Shown: one piece after another, positions 56,281 through 64,000 of the stretch
Position numbering within the stretch: the stretch's first letter is position 1
Layout of the letters: the number at the start of each line of letters is the position of its first letter
Source: a virus
Reading direction: 5' to 3' (one strand)
DNA length: 64,000 bases
IMG/VR virus record: IMGVR_UViG_3300021088_000008
Location: 1-64,000 of that record
Notes under the pieces: generated by a model
Databases searched by the model: none
The model's input: the letters and a program-made list of their open reading frames with translations, nothing else
What the model was told of the DNA's origin: nothing
Position numbers and translations under genes: made by a program

Positions 56281-56577
56281 ATGACCCTGGAGAACTTGGG
56301 CGATTTTCTCGAAAAAGTGTTCGCGTTCATCGCAGCACATGGGATCGCTGGAGCCTTCGCGATCCTGTGGGTGTCCGCGGAGTTCAGGTGGTGGATGGAA
56401 CGGGACGAGCGGAAATCGGCGCAGGCCGAGTTGAAGCAGGTGTCGAGAGACACCACCGAATCAATGAACGACACCGCGAGCGCAATCGACAAGATGGCCG
56501 AAGCGCAGCGATCGACGAACGGAATTTTCGATCGAGTTCTAAACGTGAAGCCGACGAACGGGCGAGGCCGGCGATGA
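56281..56577 (+). CDS. membrane-anchored coiled-coil protein
   Basis: N-terminal TM segment followed by coiled coil. Confidence 0.55.
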   Translation: MTLENLGDFLEKVFAFIAAHGIAGAFAILWVSAEFRWWMERDERKSAQAELKQVSRDTTESMNDTASAIDKMAEAQRSTNGIFDRVLNVKPTNGRGRR

Positions 56578-56759
56578 CCACGTGGGTGAGGCTCTGGGAA
56601 AAGCTGACGGGGCGTCCCCATCGGCTTAACGATTCGGAGCGCGTGCACGTCGCACGACAGCGGCTGAAAGAGCGAACCTCCATCCTGTCGGCCAAACTTG
56701 ACCCTCTCATTGCCATCGCAATCTACTTCACTACCGACGATCAGAAGGAAGATGAATGA
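56574..56759 (+). CDS. hypothetical protein
   Basis: ATGA overlaps on both sides. Confidence 0.4.
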   Translation: MTTWVRLWEKLTGRPHRLNDSERVHVARQRLKERTSILSAKLDPLIAIAIYFTTDDQKEDE

Positions 56760-57199
56760 TGCAGGCCTTGATCGCTCTCAACGAATACGCGAACACAGAG
56801 TCGGCCATCGTCGCTGTGATTATGCTCCTCGTTTTGTTCGTCTACATTTACGAGCTGTTCCGGCTTCTGAGCGGGCATCTCAGCCCGATCAAGTTCGAAC
56901 GATTCGACGAAGATGACATATATCAATGCCTGATTGGCGTCGCTGGGATGCTGTGCTTCGAGGGCGCCGGCGCCGCCATCACGCGGGTCACCGTCTGGTA
57001 TTGGCGCCGGATCGGGATCGGAGGTGGGGGCGGTCCTATGAACTCCACCCAGGTCACGCTGATGATCATCGGGGCGTTCTTCCTGATCATCGGGCGCGTC
57101 GGGGTGACCTATTTCCTGACGCAACGCGCGCTCGGGAATTGGCCGTGGATGCTGTCGGTCGCGGCCGTTGTAGTCTCGACGGCATGGTATTGGGGTTAA
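56756..57199 (+). CDS. multi-TM membrane protein
   Basis: About four hydrophobic segments. Confidence 0.65.
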   Translation: MMQALIALNEYANTESAIVAVIMLLVLFVYIYELFRLLSGHLSPIKFERFDEDDIYQCLIGVAGMLCFEGAGAAITRVTVWYWRRIGIGGGGGPMNSTQVTLMIIGAFFLIIGRVGVTYFLTQRALGNWPWMLSVAAVVVSTAWYWG

Positions 57200-57203
57200 A
57201 TCG

Positions 57204-57776
57204 ATGGCCGCCACCACAGCGACTACGATAATCCGTCCAGATCCAGATCCGACGCTGCTTACGACGGAAAACCTGCGTCGTGAGATTGCCAATCTTAAAG
57301 AACTCAGCGATACGAAATTTGGCGGAGTAAGTAACTCCATAGGATCACTTCATGATCTGTTCACCGCCGAGTTGGATAAGTTGGCAAGCGTTACGGCGGA
57401 ACGATTCACTGCTGTTGGGGCTCAGTTCACGGAACGCGATACGCGAACAGATCAGCGGGCTGGGGATACCAAACTGGCCGTTGATGCCGCATTTGCCGCC
57501 GCCAAAGAAGCAACAGCGGAAATCAAAACAGGATTCACGAAATCCATTGATGCGCTGCAGACTTTGATTACGGCGAATACCAAGGCCGCGGATGACAAGA
57601 TTGATGATCTCAAGGAGCGGCTCACGACGATGGAAGCTAGAACCCAGGGGATAGGATCTGCAAATCAGGATAATCGGGCTCTAGTATTCGCGGTCATCGG
57701 ATCCGTATTCGGCGTGATAGCGCTTTTCATCGCAGCCGGATCTCTGATCACCGCGATAATCTCTCATAGCCATTGA
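57204..57776 (+). CDS. coiled-coil protein with C-terminal TM anchor
   Basis: PDPDPTLLTTE...AVDAAFAAAKEA...IDDLKERLT + TM. Confidence 0.65.
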   Translation: MAATTATTIIRPDPDPTLLTTENLRREIANLKELSDTKFGGVSNSIGSLHDLFTAELDKLASVTAERFTAVGAQFTERDTRTDQRAGDTKLAVDAAFAAAKEATAEIKTGFTKSIDALQTLITANTKAADDKIDDLKERLTTMEARTQGIGSANQDNRALVFAVIGSVFGVIALFIAAGSLITAIISHSH

Positions 57777-57800
57777 AGAGCGACGTCGGGGAATGGGGAA

Positions 57801-57989
57801 ATGGCCTCGGTGCAATGGAAGTGCCTTGCCAACGTCTCAAGGAACGGCGACGAGATGTTCTTGCTGAAGCCGGACCCGCCGGACGGCGGATCGCATCTGA
57901 TGGGCCAGATTTCAAAGGCAATCGTTCAATTCGCGATCGGCGAGACCTGGGAGGTCACATTTCGTAAGGTCGAGCCGGAGGCGCCTTGA
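57801..57989 (+). CDS. hypothetical protein
   Basis: GGGG RBS; last + strand gene before convergence. Confidence 0.45.
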   Translation: MASVQWKCLANVSRNGDEMFLLKPDPPDGGSHLMGQISKAIVQFAIGETWEVTFRKVEPEAP

Positions 57990-58158
57990 GCCAATCGACC
58001 CTTCGAATCCACGATCCGCACCGGTAGCCCCCGCTCCGAACCTCATTGTCGATGCAGCACACTGCTTTCATCACGTCATCCTCTGGAACCGAAATTGATT
58101 TGTTCCACCTGCCGCAGTTCGAGCAGGATCGATGCCCGATCGGATCAAGAGCGCTCAC
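57955..58158 (-). CDS. Cys-rich hypothetical protein
   Basis: CSNC..W...CC...C..W. Confidence 0.45.
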   Translation of the reverse strand: MSALDPIGHRSCSNCGRWNKSISVPEDDVMKAVCCIDNEVRSGGYRCGSWIRRVDWLKAPPARPYEM

Positions 58159-58295
58159 TTGCCCAATTTCCCCAACCTATCGCGCATGACCGGCGGCGGA
58201 TTGCCCATAAGAACCGCCTGCCAAAAAGCAAGCGTGATGCCGATTGGTATCATGATCCATGCGGTGGGGTCGAATATGCTGTTGCGGTTCATTGG

Positions 58296-58838
58296 TTACC
58301 TCTTCAGGCTGTTCGGCGGCAGCCGCTGCAGGATGCTGGAGATATCGTCGAGGTCCATCGGATGGATGGCACGACCCTCAGGCGCAGGGCGCGCTGCGGG
58401 CTGCTCCTCGATCGGGGGCGGCTTGGGAAGAACGCCGCCGGCGGCGGCATCGGCTTGGACCACATAAAGCAGCGCCTGCACGATGACCGAGAAACTTGCC
58501 CGGAGCCCCTGCGCCTGGCCGTGAAAGTCCAGGGCGCGCCGCTTCTCGTCGTCGGCCTCCTCGACCAGGAACGCGACTTTTTCCCGGAGCTCGCGCTCGA
58601 GCGCGTCAACCCGTTCGCTGAGGCGCAGGTTCTCCTGCCGGTCCCGCTCGGCGGCGAGGCGGGCCTCATCGCGTTCCAGCCGCATCTCCTCCCAGCTGGC
58701 GGCGAGGTCCTCGGCGGCGCGGAGGATCGGATTGTCGCGGGTGCGGGGAACCGTGCGGACCGATTCCGGATCTGGCATGGAAAGGACGGCCTCGGCCATC
58801 TGGCGGTCGCGAAGTCGCTCGACAAAGGGTGGTGCCAT
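58296..58838 (-). CDS. coiled-coil hypothetical protein
   Basis: AGGAG RBS; heptad pattern. Confidence 0.6.
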   Translation of the reverse strand: MAPPFVERLRDRQMAEAVLSMPDPESVRTVPRTRDNPILRAAEDLAASWEEMRLERDEARLAAERDRQENLRLSERVDALERELREKVAFLVEEADDEKRRALDFHGQAQGLRASFSVIVQALLYVVQADAAAGGVLPKPPPIEEQPAARPAPEGRAIHPMDLDDISSILQRLPPNSLKR

Positions 58839-58964
58839 GGGGAACTCCTGTTTCAGGGGTGATGCCCCAGCGGAGGCCGCTGGGCGCGGTTGGTGTTGAG
58901 GTAGGCCACCATAGCGGCCGGTTCGGAATGACGCGCATGGGCCAGAATGTGGCCCGACGTCGGT

Positions 58965-59651
58965 CTATTTGGCGGAAACGTCGTCGTCGAGGATGGGGCC
59001 AAGCGCGGAAAGGACCGTTACCGGTATATCGTTCCGGTCCATGTGGAGTTCGCTGGCCTTGATCCGGGCGAGGTCCTGGGTCCCGGGCGCGGGACTGGCA
59101 TTGAGGTCGGCGTACTGGCGCTGGAACTCGTCGTATTCGGGCGTACCGGGCTTGATCTCGGTCACCGGCTTGTCGGGGGTCCGCTCATTCGCCTTGGCGA
59201 GGAGTTCCTTGATGATCGCCTGCCGGGAGGTCTCGACCGATCTCGCGACGCCGTCGAGAATCGCAATGTCGCTAGCGATCCGGAGCCGCAAAGATGCCGA
59301 TCCGAAGTCCCACGGGATCATGACCATGTTGTCGATGCCGCCCTGTTTCACGACGATAATGTGGCCGTCCATGTTCCTCAGCGCCGTGGCCATCGCGGCC
59401 GCTTGGGCAATCGTGATCTTGCCGGCGGTCTCCGCTTTCGCCGCGATCGGGATGAAAATGAGGACCGCGATAAAGATCAGCATCAGGATTGCCGCAGTAA
59501 TCGCCGCCGCATAGCCGACGATCACCGACGCGCGGTGGATCAACGCCGCATCGCTCAGCAATTCCTCATCGACAAACGAGGGCCGCGCGGTTCTAAATGG
59601 CCCTCGGCGGATCGGGTATCGGCTCATATCGACCGTATGCTCGTTCTTCAT
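58965..59651 (-). CDS. membrane-anchored hypothetical protein
   Basis: AAGGA RBS; long TM segment then soluble domain. Confidence 0.6.
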   Translation of the reverse strand: MKNEHTVDMSRYPIRRGPFRTARPSFVDEELLSDAALIHRASVIVGYAAAITAAILMLIFIAVLIFIPIAAKAETAGKITIAQAAAMATALRNMDGHIIVVKQGGIDNMVMIPWDFGSASLRLRIASDIAILDGVARSVETSRQAIIKELLAKANERTPDKPVTEIKPGTPEYDEFQRQYADLNASPAPGTQDLARIKASELHMDRNDIPVTVLSALGPILDDDVSAK

Positions 59652-59754
59652 TGGACGTTCCTTTAGTTGGCTTACTGGATTCTATGGGTTCAGGCCTCAA
59701 TCATCTTTTCGAGATAATCGGCAAGCGACCTCCGTTGTTCGGCAGTCAATTGCA

Positions 59755-60078
59755 TCACCGAGCGACACGAAATCCCTGAGGCTTCGTTAGGAATGAAACG
59801 ACGTCGTTAAAATCTCCTGTCGATGTCTCCGAGTTGTCCATGATCCCAAGCAGATCATTCGTCGTCACGCCGAGATGGGCGGCGACCTCTTTGATGCGTC
59901 CGGAGCCGACTTTGTTCACCCCCATTTCGTACTTCTGAATCTGCTGGAAACTGACCCCGATCTTATCGCCTAGATCGGTCTGGCTGATCTTCTTCGACAA
60001 TCGGTGCAGGCGGATACGAGCGCCGATCTCTTTGTCGGCCGCAGTCGGGGATCGCGCGGCGTGCTGTGATGTCGTCAT
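59755..60078 (-). CDS. XRE-family HTH regulator, probably C-terminally frameshifted
   Basis: DKEIGARIRLHR...SQTDLG..IGVSFQQIQKYEMGVNKVGSGR. Confidence 0.85.
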   Translation of the reverse strand: MTTSQHAARSPTAADKEIGARIRLHRLSKKISQTDLGDKIGVSFQQIQKYEMGVNKVGSGRIKEVAAHLGVTTNDLLGIMDNSETSTGDFNDVVSFLTKPQGFRVAR

Positions 60079-60121
60079 TTCATTCTCCTAGTGATGCTGC
60101 TGAACCCGCAGCGGGTTTGGA

Positions 60122-60781
60122 TTAAGGCCGCTTCCATTTCCGCAATTCGGTTCCTTCTGGGACGCGGTTGCGGCCGCGCGCGAGAGGGTGGATAGGACTT
60201 CCATCGGATGTCGTTCCGATGCAATGCCATGTCGGCGGGATCGGAACGCAGCCATACTCGGTGTCCTGAACCCGCATGCAGACGCCGACCAGGAAGTTAT
60301 CCAGGTCGACCGGGTCGGGGCCGAGACCCCAAGCGGCGACGCAGGTCGTATCCTCGGTGATCAACCCTGAGATGACGCGCTGATTGTGCAGGAAGGCCGA
60401 CCAACTTCCGCGGTCGATGCCGGTTTCCCAGAGTGGCATGCCGAGAGCTTCGTGGGCCTTATGATCGAATGTGCGCCGCCAAGCGTGCAGATCCTTGGGT
60501 TTCGACGCGATGAAAGGGTAGACGTTCGTGACCGTCATCGACCCGTACCCCCACGAATAGCTGAACTGCATCATCCGGAGCGTCGTCGGGTCGTCGCGCT
60601 TTCCATCGGCATCAGACGCGTTGAACAGATTCCAGAGGATGCGGGGCCCGGCACCCCAGGCGCGCGTCATGGACCATCGGTAGGGGCCTTCGATGTCGGC
60701 CGATCGGATGATTGGCTCCGACGGTCGCGGATGTTGCCGGGGCTCGACAGCGCCGGCGAATAGCCCGAGCTGCTCGGTCAT
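60122..60781 (-). CDS. DUF1643 family protein
   Basis: YRWSMTRAW, NASDADGKRDDPT, NVYPF, VAAWG, PIHPL. Confidence 0.8.
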   Translation of the reverse strand: MTEQLGLFAGAVEPRQHPRPSEPIIRSADIEGPYRWSMTRAWGAGPRILWNLFNASDADGKRDDPTTLRMMQFSYSWGYGSMTVTNVYPFIASKPKDLHAWRRTFDHKAHEALGMPLWETGIDRGSWSAFLHNQRVISGLITEDTTCVAAWGLGPDPVDLDNFLVGVCMRVQDTEYGCVPIPPTWHCIGTTSDGSPIHPLARGRNRVPEGTELRKWKRP

Positions 60782-60987
60782 ATCGCCTCCAGCCGCTCGC
60801 GGATGAAAATTTCGGTCTGGTCGAACACCACCGCGAACGCGCGATGCGAATGGTGCAGCCGAACCGTCTTCTCCGTTCGGACGAACGTGCATCCATTGTG
60901 TTGGATCACGAAGCAGATCTCGGGGACCTGGACCTTGCCGACCCGGCGGTCGCGCTCGTCGATCAGGACTGCGGTTCGTGTGGTCAT
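60778..60987 (-). CDS. hypothetical protein
   Basis: GGAG RBS, ATGA overlap. Confidence 0.5.
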   Translation of the reverse strand: MTTRTAVLIDERDRRVGKVQVPEICFVIQHNGCTFVRTEKTVRLHHSHRAFAVVFDQTEIFIRERLEAI

Positions 60988-61310
60988 GGTCTCCACTTTC
61001 CTTCGATGTTGATCTCGCCGCCGCGTGCGGCCGACCACGCAAGGAAATCGACCTGTTGTCCGGTGAACGGGACTGGCATCGTCCAATCTGTGCAGTCGGA
61101 TACCTGTAAGACCTGTCGATAATAGAGATCACGCGTCAGTCGGCAGGCCCTGGAGCCGTCTGGATGTGTGATCCATTCTCCAGCGCGGGCGATCGGAATA
61201 TGCTGATCGGCCATATCGACCGGAATCGGTCTTGGAGAAAAATAAGCGTATCCCGATATGATCACGATAGCTGACAACAAAAGAACTGAAAATTCGACGG
61301 GGGTCTTCAT
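60984..61310 (-). CDS. membrane-anchored hypothetical protein
   Basis: N-terminal TM segment; overlaps neighbours. Confidence 0.55.
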   Translation of the reverse strand: MKTPVEFSVLLLSAIVIISGYAYFSPRPIPVDMADQHIPIARAGEWITHPDGSRACRLTRDLYYRQVLQVSDCTDWTMPVPFTGQQVDFLAWSAARGGEINIEGKWRP

Positions 61311-61735
61311 GACCTTTTCCTTTTCGGGAATGGACGGCTCGGTATCTTCGCCTTGTGCTTCGGGGAGCGCTCTAGCCGGACGGCTTTCCTGAACTCTTTG
61401 CGTTCGGCCCTCATGTCGGCTTGCGCGGCGTATTCCTCGAAATACTTCATTGCAAGCTTGAACGGGTCAATTCCGTGACGTGACCACCACACAAGCTCGT
61501 CGCCGAAATCGTGTTGTGCCATGTGATGCGCATGCTTGAGCGGAAGCGCCCAACAATCCGAAGGTTTTTCGGACATGCCTGTGGGGCGCTTGCCATGCAG
61601 CACAGAGCCCGCGCGCAGATGCGCCGCGTCGGACGGCGCTGGCGATCCGCATCCACAAGCGCACGGCTGTTTGCGAAGCCACGCCAGATAGCCGGGACAG
61701 ACGATGCGTGGCTGCTTTTGGCGCAACTCAGTCAT
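61307..61735 (-). CDS. DUF968-like HNH-fold protein
   Basis: YLAWLRKQPC.CGC..DAAH...KPSDCWALPL..HHMAQH. Confidence 0.75.
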   Translation of the reverse strand: MTELRQKQPRIVCPGYLAWLRKQPCACGCGSPAPSDAAHLRAGSVLHGKRPTGMSEKPSDCWALPLKHAHHMAQHDFGDELVWWSRHGIDPFKLAMKYFEEYAAQADMRAERKEFRKAVRLERSPKHKAKIPSRPFPKRKRS

Positions 61736-61767
61736 TGCTTCGCCCTCTTCCATTTCCAGTTTGAAAT

Positions 61768-61992
61768 CTAGTCTTCATACCAATCGAATGGCGGTTCCTG
61801 CCCGCAATTGTCGCAATACGTTCCATCGCGATGACGGTTAAAATCGTGATCGGGGCAGTGATCCGGGCAATAGGTGCGCCGAAACAGGTAGGCCCAGAGG
61901 CCGCGCGGATCGTAACTGATGACGCCTGCGCTTGATCCGCATACTCGGCATCGCGACATCAACCGATTCGTGATTTGAAGGCGCGGCATCAT
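61768..61992 (-). CDS. Cys-rich hypothetical protein
   Basis: CRVC, CPDHC, CDNC. Confidence 0.45.
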   Translation of the reverse strand: MMPRLQITNRLMSRCRVCGSSAGVISYDPRGLWAYLFRRTYCPDHCPDHDFNRHRDGTYCDNCGQEPPFDWYED

Positions 61993-62073
61993 TTCTTCCT
62001 TCCGCCGGACCTGATTTTCTTCGCCCCTTGCGTCTTAGCAATCTGGGCTCTGAGGTCCGAGGTCGAGGGCTTT

Positions 62074-62325
62074 TTACCCTTCGCCTGCTTCCCCTCGCGC
62101 AGTGCCTTCAATTGAAGTTCCTTCACTCCCGGCGGTGGCGACATCGGTCTTCTCCTGTTTTGGCTTCGGATTGCAGATATCACATCGCTTCGAGCAGTAC
62201 CGGCACCACGGATCATCCTGATCAACGCAGCATCCGTCAATGCAATCATTCACCCGGCCTTCGCCACCGCAATTCCAGCACTCGCTGTCGTCAAGATCGT
62301 CATCGTATTCGTGCGGGTCGCTCAT
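62074..62325 (-). CDS. Cys-rich Zn-finger protein
   Basis: CWNCGGEG...CDIC. Confidence 0.5.
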   Translation of the reverse strand: MSDPHEYDDDLDDSECWNCGGEGRVNDCIDGCCVDQDDPWCRYCSKRCDICNPKPKQEKTDVATAGSEGTSIEGTARGEAGEG

Positions 62326-62912
62326 GCTCCGAGTTCCTGCTTGGCCTCTTGATAGGCAACATTGAGTTCTGCCATGAGGCTGTCGTTACCGCCCGCATCT
62401 GGATGGCGGTTCCTGGCCTTCTCCCGGAAGATTTCCGTGATATCGCCACGCCAATCCGGTTTGACACCGAACACCTCGCGCCAAGGCTTCTTCCAATCTG
62501 GCGGAGCGATGGCGGCAAAGCCGGCGAAGGCGCGCTCCATCATGACGGACCCGCCATGGCGCTCGATTGATCGGATTGATTCAATCGTGAGAACCAAAGA
62601 CCGCATGTTTTCCCATGGAGTCCAATAGCGATCACGGGCCATGGAGAGCGGCCGCTTTTTCAAATTGAAATAGATCGCTACGCCAGGATCGTCATAGCGA
62701 CGCTTGGCTGCGTCGGAATACGGCAGCCCGTCCTGCCGGACTGGGACATTCGATGAGACGATGACGTCCGTGGCGCCGAGCAACCGAAGCTCGCGCTGGA
62801 GTTCCTTGATTTGGTTGTAGGTATTGCCGCCAAACCTTGACTTCCCGCGCTGCGACCATGTTGAGCGCGGCCAGCCGGCGGGCCAGTGAAGCGGATAAGA
62901 TTCCATGGTCAT
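62322..62912 (-). CDS. protein with C-terminal J-domain
   Basis: YPLHWPAGWPR, SSNVP, DPGVAIYF, RHPDAGG...ELNVAYQEA. Confidence 0.8.
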   Translation of the reverse strand: MTMESYPLHWPAGWPRSTWSQRGKSRFGGNTYNQIKELQRELRLLGATDVIVSSNVPVRQDGLPYSDAAKRRYDDPGVAIYFNLKKRPLSMARDRYWTPWENMRSLVLTIESIRSIERHGGSVMMERAFAGFAAIAPPDWKKPWREVFGVKPDWRGDITEIFREKARNRHPDAGGNDSLMAELNVAYQEAKQELGA

Positions 62913-63238
62913 TATGCTGATCCTTCCCCATAAGCCTCAAGCGCTTGACGAATATGATGCCAATTAGCGACCACGACATTCGCGACCGCGACCATCTTGC
63001 CTTCGTCGTACCAGCCATGCGAGGTCTTGGCCGCCTTCATCCGAAACATGACCTTTTCAAGCTCGGTGAGTGCGGCGCTGTTCGGGAGCTTCGACCGCGC
63101 GCGCAGATCCGCGGCAATCGCCGTGAGCGCTTCGAACATCTCCGCATTGCCTGCCGGCTCGCCTCGCCTCCGGTGCGCGATGATGACTTGCTCGATCGCT
63201 TCGATCTGCTGCGCCAGTGTCGATACGTTCAGGCTCAT
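62912..63238 (-). CDS. hypothetical protein
   Basis: Stop/start overlap; helical. Confidence 0.55.
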   Translation of the reverse strand: MSLNVSTLAQQIEAIEQVIIAHRRRGEPAGNAEMFEALTAIAADLRARSKLPNSAALTELEKVMFRMKAAKTSHGWYDEGKMVAVANVVVANWHHIRQALEAYGEGSA

Positions 63239-63245
63239 GATACGC

Positions 63246-63431
63246 TCATCTCAATTTTATTGGTTCGATTGAACGCAATTCAATTTTATGGAAGGCATAA
63301 GGCGGCTTCGGCCCCTCCCACGAAACAAATGAAAAGTCACTATTGAATACGCTGATTACTCGATCCTGCTGCTTCAGTAGAAGATCTACCAGCATGAGGT
63401 CCGTCGTAACTATCTTGATCTCAGTCGGCAT
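63246..63431 (-). CDS. hypothetical protein
   Basis: GAGGAG RBS; low GC. Confidence 0.45.
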   Translation of the reverse strand: MPTEIKIVTTDLMLVDLLLKQQDRVISVFNSDFSFVSWEGPKPPYAFHKIELRSIEPIKLR

Positions 63432-63979
63432 TAGGCACTCCTCCCCGCGTTTTGCTTCAACTCTGCCGGCGTCGTCCTAGCCATTGAGGCAGCTCGAGCC
63501 AGGACAGCATCCTTGCTCGCCTGGAACCTATCTTTATGCATTCTGTTCGGCCCATACATCGCCTGGGATTCCGGCGTGTAGACGATCGCAACCGAGCCGT
63601 TAATCTTCACAATCGTGGCTTTGTCCTGCACCTTCAGCACGTCTCGTAGCACCCTGGCATCGGCGGCCGTGTTGAGTTCGTAACGGGTCTGGGTGCAAAA
63701 CCCCTCCATGCAGAGACACCACGCGCGCAGATGCTCCACCGAATCAAATTCCTGAGCGTATTCTTCGGCCAGGTTGTCGAAGGCCTCGGTGAGCGATGCG
63801 AAATAGTGGTTGTGCGATGCCAGCGAACGATTCTCGACCAGCATGAGAGGATATTCTTCGTTGACGACAAACTGCGAAGCGCAAAGCCGTTCGAACCGCG
63901 GAAGCGGGATCATGTGCTGACCATCCCAAATGCAGATGATTGGTCGGAGCTTCGCGCTACGTGGTTTGCCGGCCGGCAT
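63431..63979 (-). CDS. NinB/DUF1367-like recombination-associated protein
   Basis: RSLASHNHYFA...EHLRAWCL...PESQA...M...FQASKDAVL. Confidence 0.55.
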   Translation of the reverse strand: MPAGKPRSAKLRPIICIWDGQHMIPLPRFERLCASQFVVNEEYPLMLVENRSLASHNHYFASLTEAFDNLAEEYAQEFDSVEHLRAWCLCMEGFCTQTRYELNTAADARVLRDVLKVQDKATIVKINGSVAIVYTPESQAMYGPNRMHKDRFQASKDAVLARAASMARTTPAELKQNAGRSA

Positions 63980-64000
63980 CAGGTCCGTTCCCGCTCTTTC

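Noticed and set aside
57990-58160. att site or integrase at the convergence of the two transcription directions
   Set aside because: No recombinase motifs, tRNA or direct repeat seen; lifestyle cannot be determined from this window.

Overview
The whole window is a tailed-phage (or prophage) genome segment of about 60% GC. The host is probably an alphaproteobacterium of the Bradyrhizobium/Rhizobiales group, inferred from an ADLxxKAP porin, a rhizobial-type XRE regulator and CTTGAC-N17-CTATAT-type promoters. The morphogenesis module resembles Bcep781/Aaphi23-type contractile-tailed phages. On the + strand the order is: adenine methylase and replication genes, many small ORFs, TerS, J-domain and HNH genes, TerL, a structured non-coding region, DUF1073-type portal, an inverted C5-methylase cassette, MuF, NUDIX-DUF2213, scaffold, decoration protein, major capsid, neck, sheath, tube, chaperones, tape measure, baseplate, fibres, endolysin, porin and membrane proteins. 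Converging minus-strand early genes follow from about 58 kb. I found no integrase, tRNA or CRISPR array. The two strongest novelty candidates are: (1) a 311-aa intein in the portal whose interior is dual-coding, with the splicing frame open while an HNH/Zn-ribbon endonuclease is overprinted in the -1 frame behind an in-phase G GGA AAT slippery site; (2) about eight virion-appendage genes (tail fibre, its chaperone, fibres, GH5 glucanase, SGNH esterase) that carry export signal peptides and mostly paired cysteines, suggesting periplasmic maturation of receptor-binding parts. All family assignments come from motif recognition by eye, not database searches.
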